Origin: Candidatus Nanoarchaeia archaeon
GTDB lineage: Archaea > Nanobdellota > Nanobdellia > Woesearchaeales > GW2011-AR9
Length of the DNA: 64,000 bases
Assembly: GCA_035288985.1 (NCBI GenBank)
Contig: DATDYP010000015.1
Location: 27,119 to 91,118 of the forward strand
Reading direction: 5' to 3'
Shown: piece by piece, positions 30,540-38,835 of the stretch
Numbering within the stretch: position 1 is the stretch's first letter
Layout: the number at the start of each line of letters is the position of its first letter
Translations under genes and position numbers: made by a program
Notes under the pieces: model-generated
What the model was told of the DNA's origin: nothing
The model's database searches: none
What the model saw: only the letters and a program-made list of their open reading frames with translations

Positions 30540-30998
30540 TTATTTTAAGGTCGCACATTTTAGCATCTTCTTTGCCCGTTCTTTACTGATATATTTAGAA
30601 ACATAGGTATGAACAGTCTCAATTTGTACTGAGGTATAGTGCAGTTCATCTTCTAAATGACGGACAGCATAACAATCCGCTTCTCTCTCGAGGTTATTTA
30701 CTTCTTCTTCAGGGAGCAGCAGATTTTCCACCGCGCCGTGTCCTAGTATAATATGCCCTATCTCATGGTTGAAGATGAATATTTGCACTTCTTCAGGAAA
30801 TCTTCCCAGATACGATGGATCGTACTCGACAAAGGGCTTTCCTTCTTGATTGTATCCCGCTTGCGCACCGCCTTTGACATCTGCTTTTGACATAAAGGCA
30901 ATCTGGTTTCTCCGAGTATCGTATTGGGGTGTTTGTGGAGTGTAAACGGATTGGCAGCTGGAAAGAGTTAGCGCGGCCAGGACTATTGCCTTCTTCAT
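30540..30998 (-). CDS. Lipoprotein with ImmA/IrrE-like (M78-type) HExxH metallopeptidase motif, paralog A
   Basis: MKKAIVLAALTLSSCQ (lipobox-like), FNHEIGHIILGH, then EREADCYAV (E-x-E-A-[ND]-x-[FY]-A). Confidence 0.55.
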   Translation of the reverse strand: MKKAIVLAALTLSSCQSVYTPQTPQYDTRRNQIAFMSKADVKGGAQAGYNQEGKPFVEYDPSYLGRFPEEVQIFIFNHEIGHIILGHGAVENLLLPEEEVNNLEREADCYAVRHLEDELHYTSVQIETVHTYVSKYISKERAKKMLKCATLK

Positions 30999-31077
30999 TA
31001 GGAGTTATTATTTATGTTGAGCAATTTTAAGCCTTTTGCCGAAAAATTTAAATATGCACGTACATACACGTATGTTT

Positions 31078-31311
31078 ATGGCAACGAAAACATTAACTAT
31101 AACCGAAGATGCCTACGAACGGCTGCTAAAAGCAAAGGAAAGAGATGAAAGCTTTAGCGAAGTAATTGTACGGAATTTTCCTAAGCGCTCTCTTTCTGAG
31201 CTGATTGGAATTTTAACTCACAAAGAGGCAGAAGAACTACGAACTCACATCCGGGAAAGAAGAAAGGCATCTAGGGAACGTGTTGATCGCATCGCTCAGA
31301 GGCTGCAATGA
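31078..31311 (+). CDS. Small antitoxin (COG1753/VapB-like)
   Basis: MATKTLTITEDAYERLLKAKERDESFSEVI. ATG 31078 was chosen because AAAAATTTAAATAT lies about 25 nt upstream. Overlaps the vapC start (ATGA). Confidence 0.65.
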   Translation: MATKTLTITEDAYERLLKAKERDESFSEVIVRNFPKRSLSELIGILTHKEAEELRTHIRERRKASRERVDRIAQRLQ

Positions 31312-31697
31312 TACTTGATACTTCATTCGTTGTGGATTTGATGGATCGTCAGCCTGATGCGGTGAATAAGTTTTGGGCAATTCAGGGGCAAGAGAATCTA
31401 TTCGTTACCACTCCCACAATATTTGAACTTTGGAGTGGTATAGCCAGAAGTTCTAGGCCAGAGCAAGAAAAAAGAAAGGTCTTAGAAGTTTTGGATTCTC
31501 AACTGGTTCTGGAGCTTGATGAAGAAAGCGCTGAACAAGGCGGAAAGATAGACGGAATGTTAGTACGTGAAGGCTTACGGATAGAGCCGGAGGACTGCAT
31601 GATCGCAGGGATTGCAAAACATCACCAGGAAAAGGTCCTCACTCGAAATGTGAAACATTTTGGCAGAATCAAGGGACTGTCTGTGGAATCATACTAG
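31308..31697 (+). CDS. vapC: PIN-domain toxin (VapC-like)
   Basis: MILDTSFVVDLM, TTPTIFELWSG, CMIAGIA, VLTRNVKHF. 129 aa. Confidence 0.8.
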   Translation: MILDTSFVVDLMDRQPDAVNKFWAIQGQENLFVTTPTIFELWSGIARSSRPEQEKRKVLEVLDSQLVLELDEESAEQGGKIDGMLVREGLRIEPEDCMIAGIAKHHQEKVLTRNVKHFGRIKGLSVESY

Positions 31698-31711
31698 CCT
31701 TTATCAGATTT

Positions 31712-32230
31712 TCATTTGCCTAAACATTCCTTGAAGCCTGGAACTTCGTCAGGGAACCAGTAAGGCAGGGATTCTTCAAAAATTATCTTCATCTGTTCCG
31801 GCGAGCATTTTAAGACATCTTCAAAATAGTCTATCGCATAACAATTGGCTTCCTTCTCACGTTGAAGAAAAGTAATCCTATCTGGAAGAGGGGATCTGAA
31901 ATGCCTTAGTTTAAAATGACCTATCTCATGATGAAAGACAAAGGCTTGAAATTCTGCAGGATATCTCTGCATGCCTGTCGCATTATAGATGACTGTTGGT
32001 TGGCCGTTTTGGTAATACCCGGACTCCGCCAGATGCCAGCCCCAATCAAGGTCTTCAAACACTATTTCTTTTTCAACATGGTCGTATTGTTTGTGAGGGG
32101 GTAGCACAATACCATTGATGGTTGTAAAAGTACAGGTATTTGGTCTAGATAATGGTTCTGATTCTGTTAAAGGGGAAGAGATGGTCTGGCAGGCAGCCAG
32201 GACGAGCGCAGCTAATGATAATTTTCTCAT
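31712..32230 (-). CDS. Lipoprotein with ImmA/IrrE-like HExxH metallopeptidase motif, paralog B
   Basis: MRKLSLAALVLAACQT, FHHEIGHFKLRH, EKEANCYAIDYF. Same architecture as 30540-30998. Confidence 0.55.
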   Translation of the reverse strand: MRKLSLAALVLAACQTISSPLTESEPLSRPNTCTFTTINGIVLPPHKQYDHVEKEIVFEDLDWGWHLAESGYYQNGQPTVIYNATGMQRYPAEFQAFVFHHEIGHFKLRHFRSPLPDRITFLQREKEANCYAIDYFEDVLKCSPEQMKIIFEESLPYWFPDEVPGFKECLGK

Positions 32231-33195
32231 ACTTCATCAGCTCTCCAATGCGGATTTACTTCCATATCACCATGACTATCTTTGCGCAGGAATCCTTCCC
32301 AGGCGATCATCGCACCCTGATCGCCAGCCAAATCCAGGGGTACTTTGTAGAATTTGGCTTCTCGTTCCTGGCACATCAAATCAAGCATTTCACAGAAGCG
32401 TTTGTTTGCGCCAACGCCGCCGACTAACAATAGTTCTTTCTTACCAGTATGCGCGAGAGCACGTTCAGCTACTTCTGCGCACATGGCGAAAGCAGTTTCT
32501 TGCAAGGAGAAACAGAGATCTTCTTTACTGGCTTGTTTTCGCTCGAATAACTGTTGCGCTTTAGTTAATAGTCCTGAGAAAGAGACATCCATCCCCTTAA
32601 CGATGTATGGCAGCTCGACATACTTTCCCTTCTTAGCCAATTCTTCAATTTTAGGACCTGCGGGAAATCCTAAGCCTAAGATACGGCCAAATTTATCCAG
32701 CATGTTTCCCAAGCCGATGTCCAGAGTTTCGCCCATAACATGATATCTTCCTTCTTTACCCTGTTGTCCTTGTTCCTGCACAATAACTTGTGTATTTACA
32801 CCGGAAACGTACAAATAGGCTGGATCTTTCAACTCGTTCCACAGCTTTCCGATACTGAGATGGGCACAGCAATGATTTACACCGGCCAGTTTTTTCTGAT
32901 GTTTTTTTGCCCATTCTTTGACGATATTATAGCCTTTCCAAAGAGCTGGATCCAAGCCAGGACCGGCAGAATAAGCTATCAGATCAATGTCTTTCCAGTC
33001 CACTTCTGCCGCTTTGAATGCTTCCTTAAGAATTTTATCGGCAACCTTTTCATGATGTTCAGCAATCTCATGCGGGATCATGCCTGCATCTTTAGAAGTA
33101 TAACTATCTTTGACGTTGGCAAGGATCTTGCCTTTATCGGTAATGATGCCGATTCCGAAGGTATGGGCGGTTGATTCTACCCCTAAAATGATCAT
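32227..33195 (-). CDS. kae1: Kae1 / tRNA N6-threonylcarbamoyladenosine synthase (TsaD/Kae1 family)
   Basis: MIILGVESTAHTFGIGI, GPGLDPALWKG, GVNHCCAHL, LLLVGGVGANKRF. ASKHA-fold pattern with no fused Bud32 domain. Confidence 0.85.
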   Translation of the reverse strand: MIILGVESTAHTFGIGIITDKGKILANVKDSYTSKDAGMIPHEIAEHHEKVADKILKEAFKAAEVDWKDIDLIAYSAGPGLDPALWKGYNIVKEWAKKHQKKLAGVNHCCAHLSIGKLWNELKDPAYLYVSGVNTQVIVQEQGQQGKEGRYHVMGETLDIGLGNMLDKFGRILGLGFPAGPKIEELAKKGKYVELPYIVKGMDVSFSGLLTKAQQLFERKQASKEDLCFSLQETAFAMCAEVAERALAHTGKKELLLVGGVGANKRFCEMLDLMCQEREAKFYKVPLDLAGDQGAMIAWEGFLRKDSHGDMEVNPHWRADEV

Positions 33196-33302
33196 GGCTA
33201 AGGAAATTCCGATCTATATTTAAAAAAGTTTAGGCTGCTTAAGGGACTTTGCAAAAAAATACGACGAAAATTTTAAAAACGGTGATACAGAAGACCTCAA
33301 TC

Positions 33303-33884
33303 ATGGCTGAAACACATCATAAAGGATTTGATATAGACAACTCTGGAGACTACGTGACTTTTCTTCCAGTCATTGGAATGTGTCCTCTTTTTGTGACTCC
33401 GGAAGGAGGGATGGAGTATGTAGCTCATATGATAGACACAGAGGAAGAGATACAAGTCCAGGAGGAAATTCAAAAATTGAGAAGTGTTCTCGGGTTTACA
33501 GAAAGGTTTTCCGGAAGAAGAGTGCTTACAGTTCCAAGAGATTTTCCCCGTAACGGATTGCCTGACGAAGCGGAACTAGAAAGGGATGCTAGATTACTAT
33601 TAAGATCCACTAATGTTACCTATAATGGAAGGAATATCTTAGGACAGGAAGGATTATATTTAGTAGAACTATTGATCCAAAGAGCCCCTGGGAAAGATGT
33701 TGCCCCTTTTTTAGGGGGATATTTCAGTTTATTGCAAGCGGCTGCGGATCGATTGGGGTCTGGGGAACTATATAATAGTGGTGTACTCTCTTTTCTAGAG
33801 GAAGTTTGTACTGCAGGAAAAGTGCCTTCTGAACAAAAAGGGATCTTACAAGAAATTCCTGGGAATACTTTCCAAAGAATGTAA
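33303..33884 (+). CDS. Hypothetical protein (193 aa)
   Basis: The tracked ORF begins at a TTG (33249). ATG 33303 (MAETHHKG) is preferred because AAAATTTTAAAAAC lies about 25 nt upstream. No motif recognised. Confidence 0.45.
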   Translation: MAETHHKGFDIDNSGDYVTFLPVIGMCPLFVTPEGGMEYVAHMIDTEEEIQVQEEIQKLRSVLGFTERFSGRRVLTVPRDFPRNGLPDEAELERDARLLLRSTNVTYNGRNILGQEGLYLVELLIQRAPGKDVAPFLGGYFSLLQAAADRLGSGELYNSGVLSFLEEVCTAGKVPSEQKGILQEIPGNTFQRM

Positions 33885-33926
33885 AATTCTGGGTTTATTA
33901 TCTAATTAAAAGCTTAGCCAAAGAAA

Positions 33927-35057
33927 ATGACCTTCACCATAACTCATCAGTCTGGAAACGCACGCGTAGGAAAGCTCAAGACAGCCCATGGCATCATCGA
34001 AACACCATTCTTTATGCCGGCAGCAACCAAGGCTACTGGAAAGTATCTTACCACTGATGATTATCAGAAAGCAGGAGTAAAAGCATTAATTTCCAATGCT
34101 TTAATCCTGAGTTTCAAACCAGGAATAGAGACAGTACAAAAATTATCTGGTCTGCACAATTTCATGAATTTTAAGGGTATTATCTTTACTGATTGCGGCG
34201 GATTCCAGATGTCCCGCACCATGTTCCAGACCAAGAGCAAGAAAGGGCTGCATTTCAGAAACCCGTTCGATAATAGCTCGGTGGTCATAACACCGCAAAA
34301 GATCATGAACATTGAATTAACCTTAGGCAGCGACGTAGCGATGATGCTGGATGACATGTCAGGATATGGAGTAAGCAAGGAAGAAGCCAGAATGGCAATG
34401 GAAAACACCCATCGCTGGGGCAAGGAATCTTTACAATGGCATCAGAAATTGAAAAATGATTCCAAACATTCCAAACAATTATTGTTTGGTATCGTGCAGG
34501 GCAATTTCTATCCTGACTTGCGAGAAGAATCCGCTAAATTCATCAACTCTCTTGATTTTGACGGTATTGCCATCGGTGGAGTAGCCATTGGTGAATCAAA
34601 GGAAGAGATGTATGCTGCTGTTGATGCGGCTCTGCCTTTTATTACTAAAGATAAGCCGCGGTATGTGATGGGTGTAGGAAGTCCTGAAGAGCTGCTGGAA
34701 TTGATTGGTAGAGGTATCGATTGTTTTGATTCTGTCTATCCAACGCAAAATGCAAGACACTGTACTCTTTTTACCGCTACTGGCCGGATATATATTGACG
34801 GATTAAAGTACCAACATGATTTTACTTCTATCGATAAGAAATGCAAGTGCCATACCTGTAAAAACTTTACGAAAGCATATTTACATCATCTTACCAAAAT
34901 AAAAGAACCAGCTGCAAAAAGATTGATGAGCATCCACAATCTTTACTTTGTGCTTCAGCTGATAGAGAAAGCGAAGAAAAATATTAAGACAGGGACATTT
35001 ACAGAGTTTAAGGATGGTTTTTTGAGGAAGTGGAATAGTAATAAGAAAGAGAACTAG
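33927..35057 (+). CDS. tgt: tRNA-guanine transglycosylase, catalytic domain only (376 aa)
   Basis: TPFFMPAATK, FTDCGGFQ, LFGIVQGNFYPDLR, FDGIAIGGVAIGE, YVMGVGSPEELLELIGRGIDCFDSVYPT, Zn site CKCHTC...H. No C-terminal PUA-type extension. Confidence 0.85.
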   Translation: MTFTITHQSGNARVGKLKTAHGIIETPFFMPAATKATGKYLTTDDYQKAGVKALISNALILSFKPGIETVQKLSGLHNFMNFKGIIFTDCGGFQMSRTMFQTKSKKGLHFRNPFDNSSVVITPQKIMNIELTLGSDVAMMLDDMSGYGVSKEEARMAMENTHRWGKESLQWHQKLKNDSKHSKQLLFGIVQGNFYPDLREESAKFINSLDFDGIAIGGVAIGESKEEMYAAVDAALPFITKDKPRYVMGVGSPEELLELIGRGIDCFDSVYPTQNARHCTLFTATGRIYIDGLKYQHDFTSIDKKCKCHTCKNFTKAYLHHLTKIKEPAAKRLMSIHNLYFVLQLIEKAKKNIKTGTFTEFKDGFLRKWNSNKKEN

Positions 35058-35731
35058 TCAAAGAGAGGGGGAGTGTATCGTTGTATTTTCCATTCTTTAC
35101 CATCGTAATTTGCTTCTTGTACAAGATTCAAATCTTCTTCTACACAACCAGCCCATTTTCCAAAATTACAATTTCTCCAGTTCCAAAGTGTAAAATCTCT
35201 TCTACGTTTTGATTGTAGGTCTGGTTTAAGGCCCATGTGAATTGTACCAAAAATTATGCCCAGAAGTGGTTTTCTTCCTACTCTTTCAGTTATAAGGGGA
35301 GCGACAAATTCTTCTATTTTTTGGGCATTAACCGCGTTTCTTTCTTCAATAATTAAATCTTGAAGAATGAATTGATAATTAGCACAAATGTTGAGAACTA
35401 GATTATTTATTTTTTTTGGAGTCGCCCCATAATAGGAATAAAGTGGACCAAGTAATACTGTTGGTATAAAACTTATTATGCCTCGTAAGGATCCAGAAGG
35501 CGTATGTGCTGCATCTGTTCCGAAAACAGGGATATTATTACCGGCACAATACTGAAGTTGGAGTCCATATTGGGGATCATTTTCTAAATAATTTTCTAGA
35601 CGGTCTTCTCCAGTTTCAACCACTAACGCATCAATCCCTTCAAAAATATCAACCTGCTTATTGAGAGTTCTATGATTCCCTAACTGCAAAACATAATCTG
35701 CCTTGTCCGTGCTAAAAGTAGTATAAGCCAT
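35054..35731 (-). CDS. Hypothetical protein (225 aa)
   Basis: Long ORF whose 3' end converges on tgt (4-nt overlap). No motif recognised. Confidence 0.5.
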   Translation of the reverse strand: MAYTTFSTDKADYVLQLGNHRTLNKQVDIFEGIDALVVETGEDRLENYLENDPQYGLQLQYCAGNNIPVFGTDAAHTPSGSLRGIISFIPTVLLGPLYSYYGATPKKINNLVLNICANYQFILQDLIIEERNAVNAQKIEEFVAPLITERVGRKPLLGIIFGTIHMGLKPDLQSKRRRDFTLWNWRNCNFGKWAGCVEEDLNLVQEANYDGKEWKIQRYTPPLFD

Positions 35732-35763
35732 AATTAAAGAACACGTAAAACCACCCCTACTGC

Positions 35764-36363
35764 TTACTTACTACTTATCGCCTGTCGTTCTAAATCCCGT
35801 TTCTTGGCGATAGCTGCGCTTTTCCCGCTGCACATGGCAGCATTAACAAGCTCATCTGCTAATGCATCTTCGATCTTGATCTTCTTGTTGAAGCTGCGGA
35901 CATATGCACCTTGGGTGATATTACGAAGTGCAAGATCGACTCTTCGCTGCGGCGCAACTTCTACTGCTTTCGGATATCTTGCTCCACCGTATTCGATGGA
36001 AATGACTTCCTCGCGTGGAGCGGCATTCTCAACAGCTTTCACCAGCACAGCAAGAGGATTCTTTTTCAGTTTCTGTTCTGCTTTTGCCAGTGCTTTTTGA
36101 GTGATGAGAAGGCCTCTACTTTTCTTTCCGGTGTTATGTCCGGAACTCATAAAATGCTTCTTGCTTCTGTGCCCTGAATTCATAAGTTTGCTGGCCAATC
36201 GCTCAACAATGAAAGTTTGTGACTTATGGAACCTGTTTCCGGCATACCGTGCTCCGGTTTTAGGAACTATTTTCGGCTCAAGGGTGATATAGGTCACTAA
36301 ACCTGGATCTTCCACAGAAATCCCTTCCGCAGTCCATTTGTTAAAAAATTTGATCGTGGTCAT
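35764..36363 (-). CDS. rps7: 30S ribosomal protein S7 (uS7)
   Basis: Position after S12, with motifs RFHKSQTFIVERL, AVENAAPREEV, RRVDLALRNI. Confidence 0.9.
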   Translation of the reverse strand: MTTIKFFNKWTAEGISVEDPGLVTYITLEPKIVPKTGARYAGNRFHKSQTFIVERLASKLMNSGHRSKKHFMSSGHNTGKKSRGLLITQKALAKAEQKLKKNPLAVLVKAVENAAPREEVISIEYGGARYPKAVEVAPQRRVDLALRNITQGAYVRSFNKKIKIEDALADELVNAAMCSGKSAAIAKKRDLERQAISSK

Positions 36364-36372
36364 TTTTAGGTT

Positions 36373-36792
36373 TTACCTTCTTGCCTTCTCTAACTTACCT
36401 CTCAGCAAGGCGTTTAAACTCTGATCGTTCACTTTGATAACTCTCCATCGCACGCCGGGAATATCTCCCTTTGCACGTCCCATCTTTCCGCCGATACATT
36501 CAACTATAACTTCATCGTGCTCGTTAATCAATTTCTGCGCACCGTCGCCAGGCATGAAGGCAGTAATCTGTTTTCCATTCTTCACCAGCTGCACCCTGGC
36601 GCATTTCCTCATGGCTGAGTTAGGCTGTTTTGCTTCGACCTGAATCTTTTCTAAAACGATCGCTTTTGCCTGCGATGAGCCTGCGAGGGGATCAACCTTC
36701 TTTTTCAGCTTAGTCCTGCTCTGGAGCCGGAACTGCTTGCGCCGCTTCTTCAGCTTATTTGCCGATCCTAATCCTCGTGACTTGTTTGCCAT
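36373..36792 (-). CDS. rps12: 30S ribosomal protein S12 (uS12)
   Basis: [30 protein letters not shown]...[14 protein letters not shown]. Confidence 0.9.
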   Translation of the reverse strand: MANKSRGLGSANKLKKRRKQFRLQSRTKLKKKVDPLAGSSQAKAIVLEKIQVEAKQPNSAMRKCARVQLVKNGKQITAFMPGDGAQKLINEHDEVIVECIGGKMGRAKGDIPGVRWRVIKVNDQSLNALLRGKLEKARR

Positions 36793-36881
36793 TATAGTTT
36801 TTGACCGATCTTTTGGTTTTAGATATGGGATACTGGTTTATTTATAAAGATAACGGAAATTCTCAGAATTTCCGTTTTTTC

Positions 36882-37298
36882 CTATGCCACCTTCACTTCT
36901 TTATTAAAAAACCGTTTTACGGCCCTGTTGATCAATTGCAGATTTTTACCGCCCCTGCCGATGAGCAGGCTTCTGGTTCTCTTGTTGGCGTCTCTGATCA
37001 TTACACTATCGTCTGCTTCAATGATCTCTTCAGCAGTAACGGGGTAAATAACATTCTTGACAAAACCGACTGGATCGTCAGCAAATTCAATGATCCTGAT
37101 TTTTCTTCCTAATTCCTGCTGGACTCTCTTAACATTTGCTCCTTTCTTGCCCACGGCCTTGCCCAGGAAGCCTTGAGCGACAATGAAATAAATTATGCCG
37201 TCATCATCCTTAAAGCAGTCTTTAACACGTGTGCCGGTAATCCGTTCCATCAAAGAAGATAACCCGAATGTCTCTTGGTCCAGTATTACTTTTTTCAT
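36882..37298 (-). CDS. nusA: Archaeal NusA-like protein (two KH domains)
   Basis: GKAVGKKGANVKRVQQELGRKIRIIEF and LIGRGGKNLQLINRAVKRFF (GxxG KH loops). Conserved position between L30e and S12. Confidence 0.8.
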   Translation of the reverse strand: MKKVILDQETFGLSSLMERITGTRVKDCFKDDDGIIYFIVAQGFLGKAVGKKGANVKRVQQELGRKIRIIEFADDPVGFVKNVIYPVTAEEIIEADDSVMIRDANKRTRSLLIGRGGKNLQLINRAVKRFFNKEVKVA

Positions 37299-37313
37299 GA
37301 TCCCCTTTACAGT

Positions 37314-37598
37314 TTACTCTTCTGTTCCAAGCACCGCTATCAAGAAGTTTTTCTTGCAGAATAATCCCAGCTCTTCATTATCTAACTCTAATTGCAAAAC
37401 AGGAACCCCTGCCAATGCAGCGTAATGCATCACATCACCCTTTGTCTTCACCGGGCAATTGCTGGAGAGAAACACTTTGGTCACGGCATTCTTCCTCAAG
37501 GCTTTCAGGACCCTGTCAGCACCAATAACTACTTTCTGCTGCTGGAGTTTTACTTTCAGATCTTTTAAATCATTGCTTATGTCTTCTTTTTGTGCCAT
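37314..37598 (-). CDS. rpl30e: 50S ribosomal protein L30e
   Basis: 94 aa. VVIGADRVLKALRKNAVTKVFLSSNCP...HYAALAGVPV (L7Ae/L30e fold). Canonical position after rpoA''. Confidence 0.8.
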   Translation of the reverse strand: MAQKEDISNDLKDLKVKLQQQKVVIGADRVLKALRKNAVTKVFLSSNCPVKTKGDVMHYAALAGVPVLQLELDNEELGLFCKKNFLIAVLGTEE

Positions 37599-37609
37599 TG
37601 TCTCATTCC

Positions 37610-38752
37610 CTACTTCATTTTGGTCATCAAACCAGGGAGTCCTGTTCCGAGAGGAACCGGCTGGTTAATCATGACATTTTCTACCACCGAGGTCAAATTA
37701 TCAACTTCGCCTTCCAAGGCAGCATTGATCAGGTGTTTTATGGGGGTTTCGAATGATGCCCGTGCCAGGACGCTGGCTTTTTCTTTCACTACACCGTATC
37801 TAGTGATACCTCGGACTTCTCCTGTTGCGCACATGATGTCAGCGACAAGCATGATATGCCTTATGTCAATGTTCAATCCCTGTGCTTCGATAACTCTGAA
37901 TACTTCATTAATGATCGTCTCCCGGGCTGCTTCAATGCCCAGGACAGCATGGATCTCGTAAATATCATTGCTGAAAGTTCTGATAGCATCAACTTCAGGA
38001 AGAGCAAGGATATCTTTCAAGTTAGTTCCAGACGTGAGTACGATATATTCCTCCCCCCGCCGCACCGGGAGAACCTGCTTTATCCCTTTGATGCCCAGTA
38101 TTTTAATATCCTTTATTTTCTCTTTAAGATTGTAAAGGTCTTTGATATCCTCAGCTTTCCCTTTTTTGGTGAAGAGGATCTCTTCGTCACTGCTTTGGAT
38201 GGTGAAGCCCTTAGCTTTGGTCTTGACGAATTTAACCAGCTCCTTTCCTGGCAGGTTATAGTCGTCTAATACTGCTTTGTTAAGCTTTACTTTCAGCACC
38301 TGATCAAAAATATTTAGTGAATATTCAGAAACAAGCTCTCCCAGAACAGTTTCCTTGATCTTTGTGGCAAACTGCTTGACGTTTTCGATGGAGTTGTGAG
38401 TGCTTTTCAAAAAGATTTCCATCATCGGCGTTTTAAGCTCCTTCCGCGCGTCAAAGATCTCAATAATCCTCGGCAGACCGGTAGTGACGTTCATCTCAGC
38501 AACTCCGGCAAAGTGGAAGGTGTTAAGCGTCATCTGCGTGCCAGGTTCGCCGATACTTTCTGCGCTTACCAGCCCGACACATTCGCCAGGGCTTATCTTT
38601 GTAGAGTTATAGGTAGCAACAATCGTTTCCATAACTTTGGAAAGATCCGATTTTGAGATGCCGCTAGGAAGGTGTCTTTTGACTTCTTCGCGTATTGAAT
38701 CTGGAAGGATGTGCGCATAGCTGTCAATTACTGCTTCATGTTCTGCTTTCAT
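37610..38752 (-). CDS. rpoA2: DNA-directed RNA polymerase subunit A''
   Basis: [64 protein letters not shown]-like block, FETP. Confidence 0.9.
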   Translation of the reverse strand: MKAEHEAVIDSYAHILPDSIREEVKRHLPSGISKSDLSKVMETIVATYNSTKISPGECVGLVSAESIGEPGTQMTLNTFHFAGVAEMNVTTGLPRIIEIFDARKELKTPMMEIFLKSTHNSIENVKQFATKIKETVLGELVSEYSLNIFDQVLKVKLNKAVLDDYNLPGKELVKFVKTKAKGFTIQSSDEEILFTKKGKAEDIKDLYNLKEKIKDIKILGIKGIKQVLPVRRGEEYIVLTSGTNLKDILALPEVDAIRTFSNDIYEIHAVLGIEAARETIINEVFRVIEAQGLNIDIRHIMLVADIMCATGEVRGITRYGVVKEKASVLARASFETPIKHLINAALEGEVDNLTSVVENVMINQPVPLGTGLPGLMTKMK

Positions 38753-38835
38753 TGTATTCCCCCGGAATGATTGAAAATCTGATAGATTTTCATTGTATTC
38801 CTCCAGAATGCTTGAAAATCTTTATAGATTTTCAT
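38749..38835 (-). repeat. Tandem 42/41-nt duplication of the rpoA'-rpoA'' junction, forming a 28-codon mini-ORF coupled at both ends by ATGA overlaps
   Basis: The minus strand reads GGAGGGGAACAATGAAA / ...GGAGGAATACAATGAAA / ...GGGGGAATACAATGAAAGCAGAA. The mini-ORF is [28 protein letters not shown]. Its ATG overlaps the rpoA' TGA (38832-38835) and its TGA overlaps the rpoA'' ATG (38749-38752). Confidence 0.7.

Noticed and set aside
38749-38835. Possibility that the 41-42-nt tandem repeats are a small CRISPR array
   Set aside because: There are only about 2.4 directly abutting copies with no unique spacers. The repeats contain the rpoA' stop and rpoA'' start contexts, and no cas genes are nearby.
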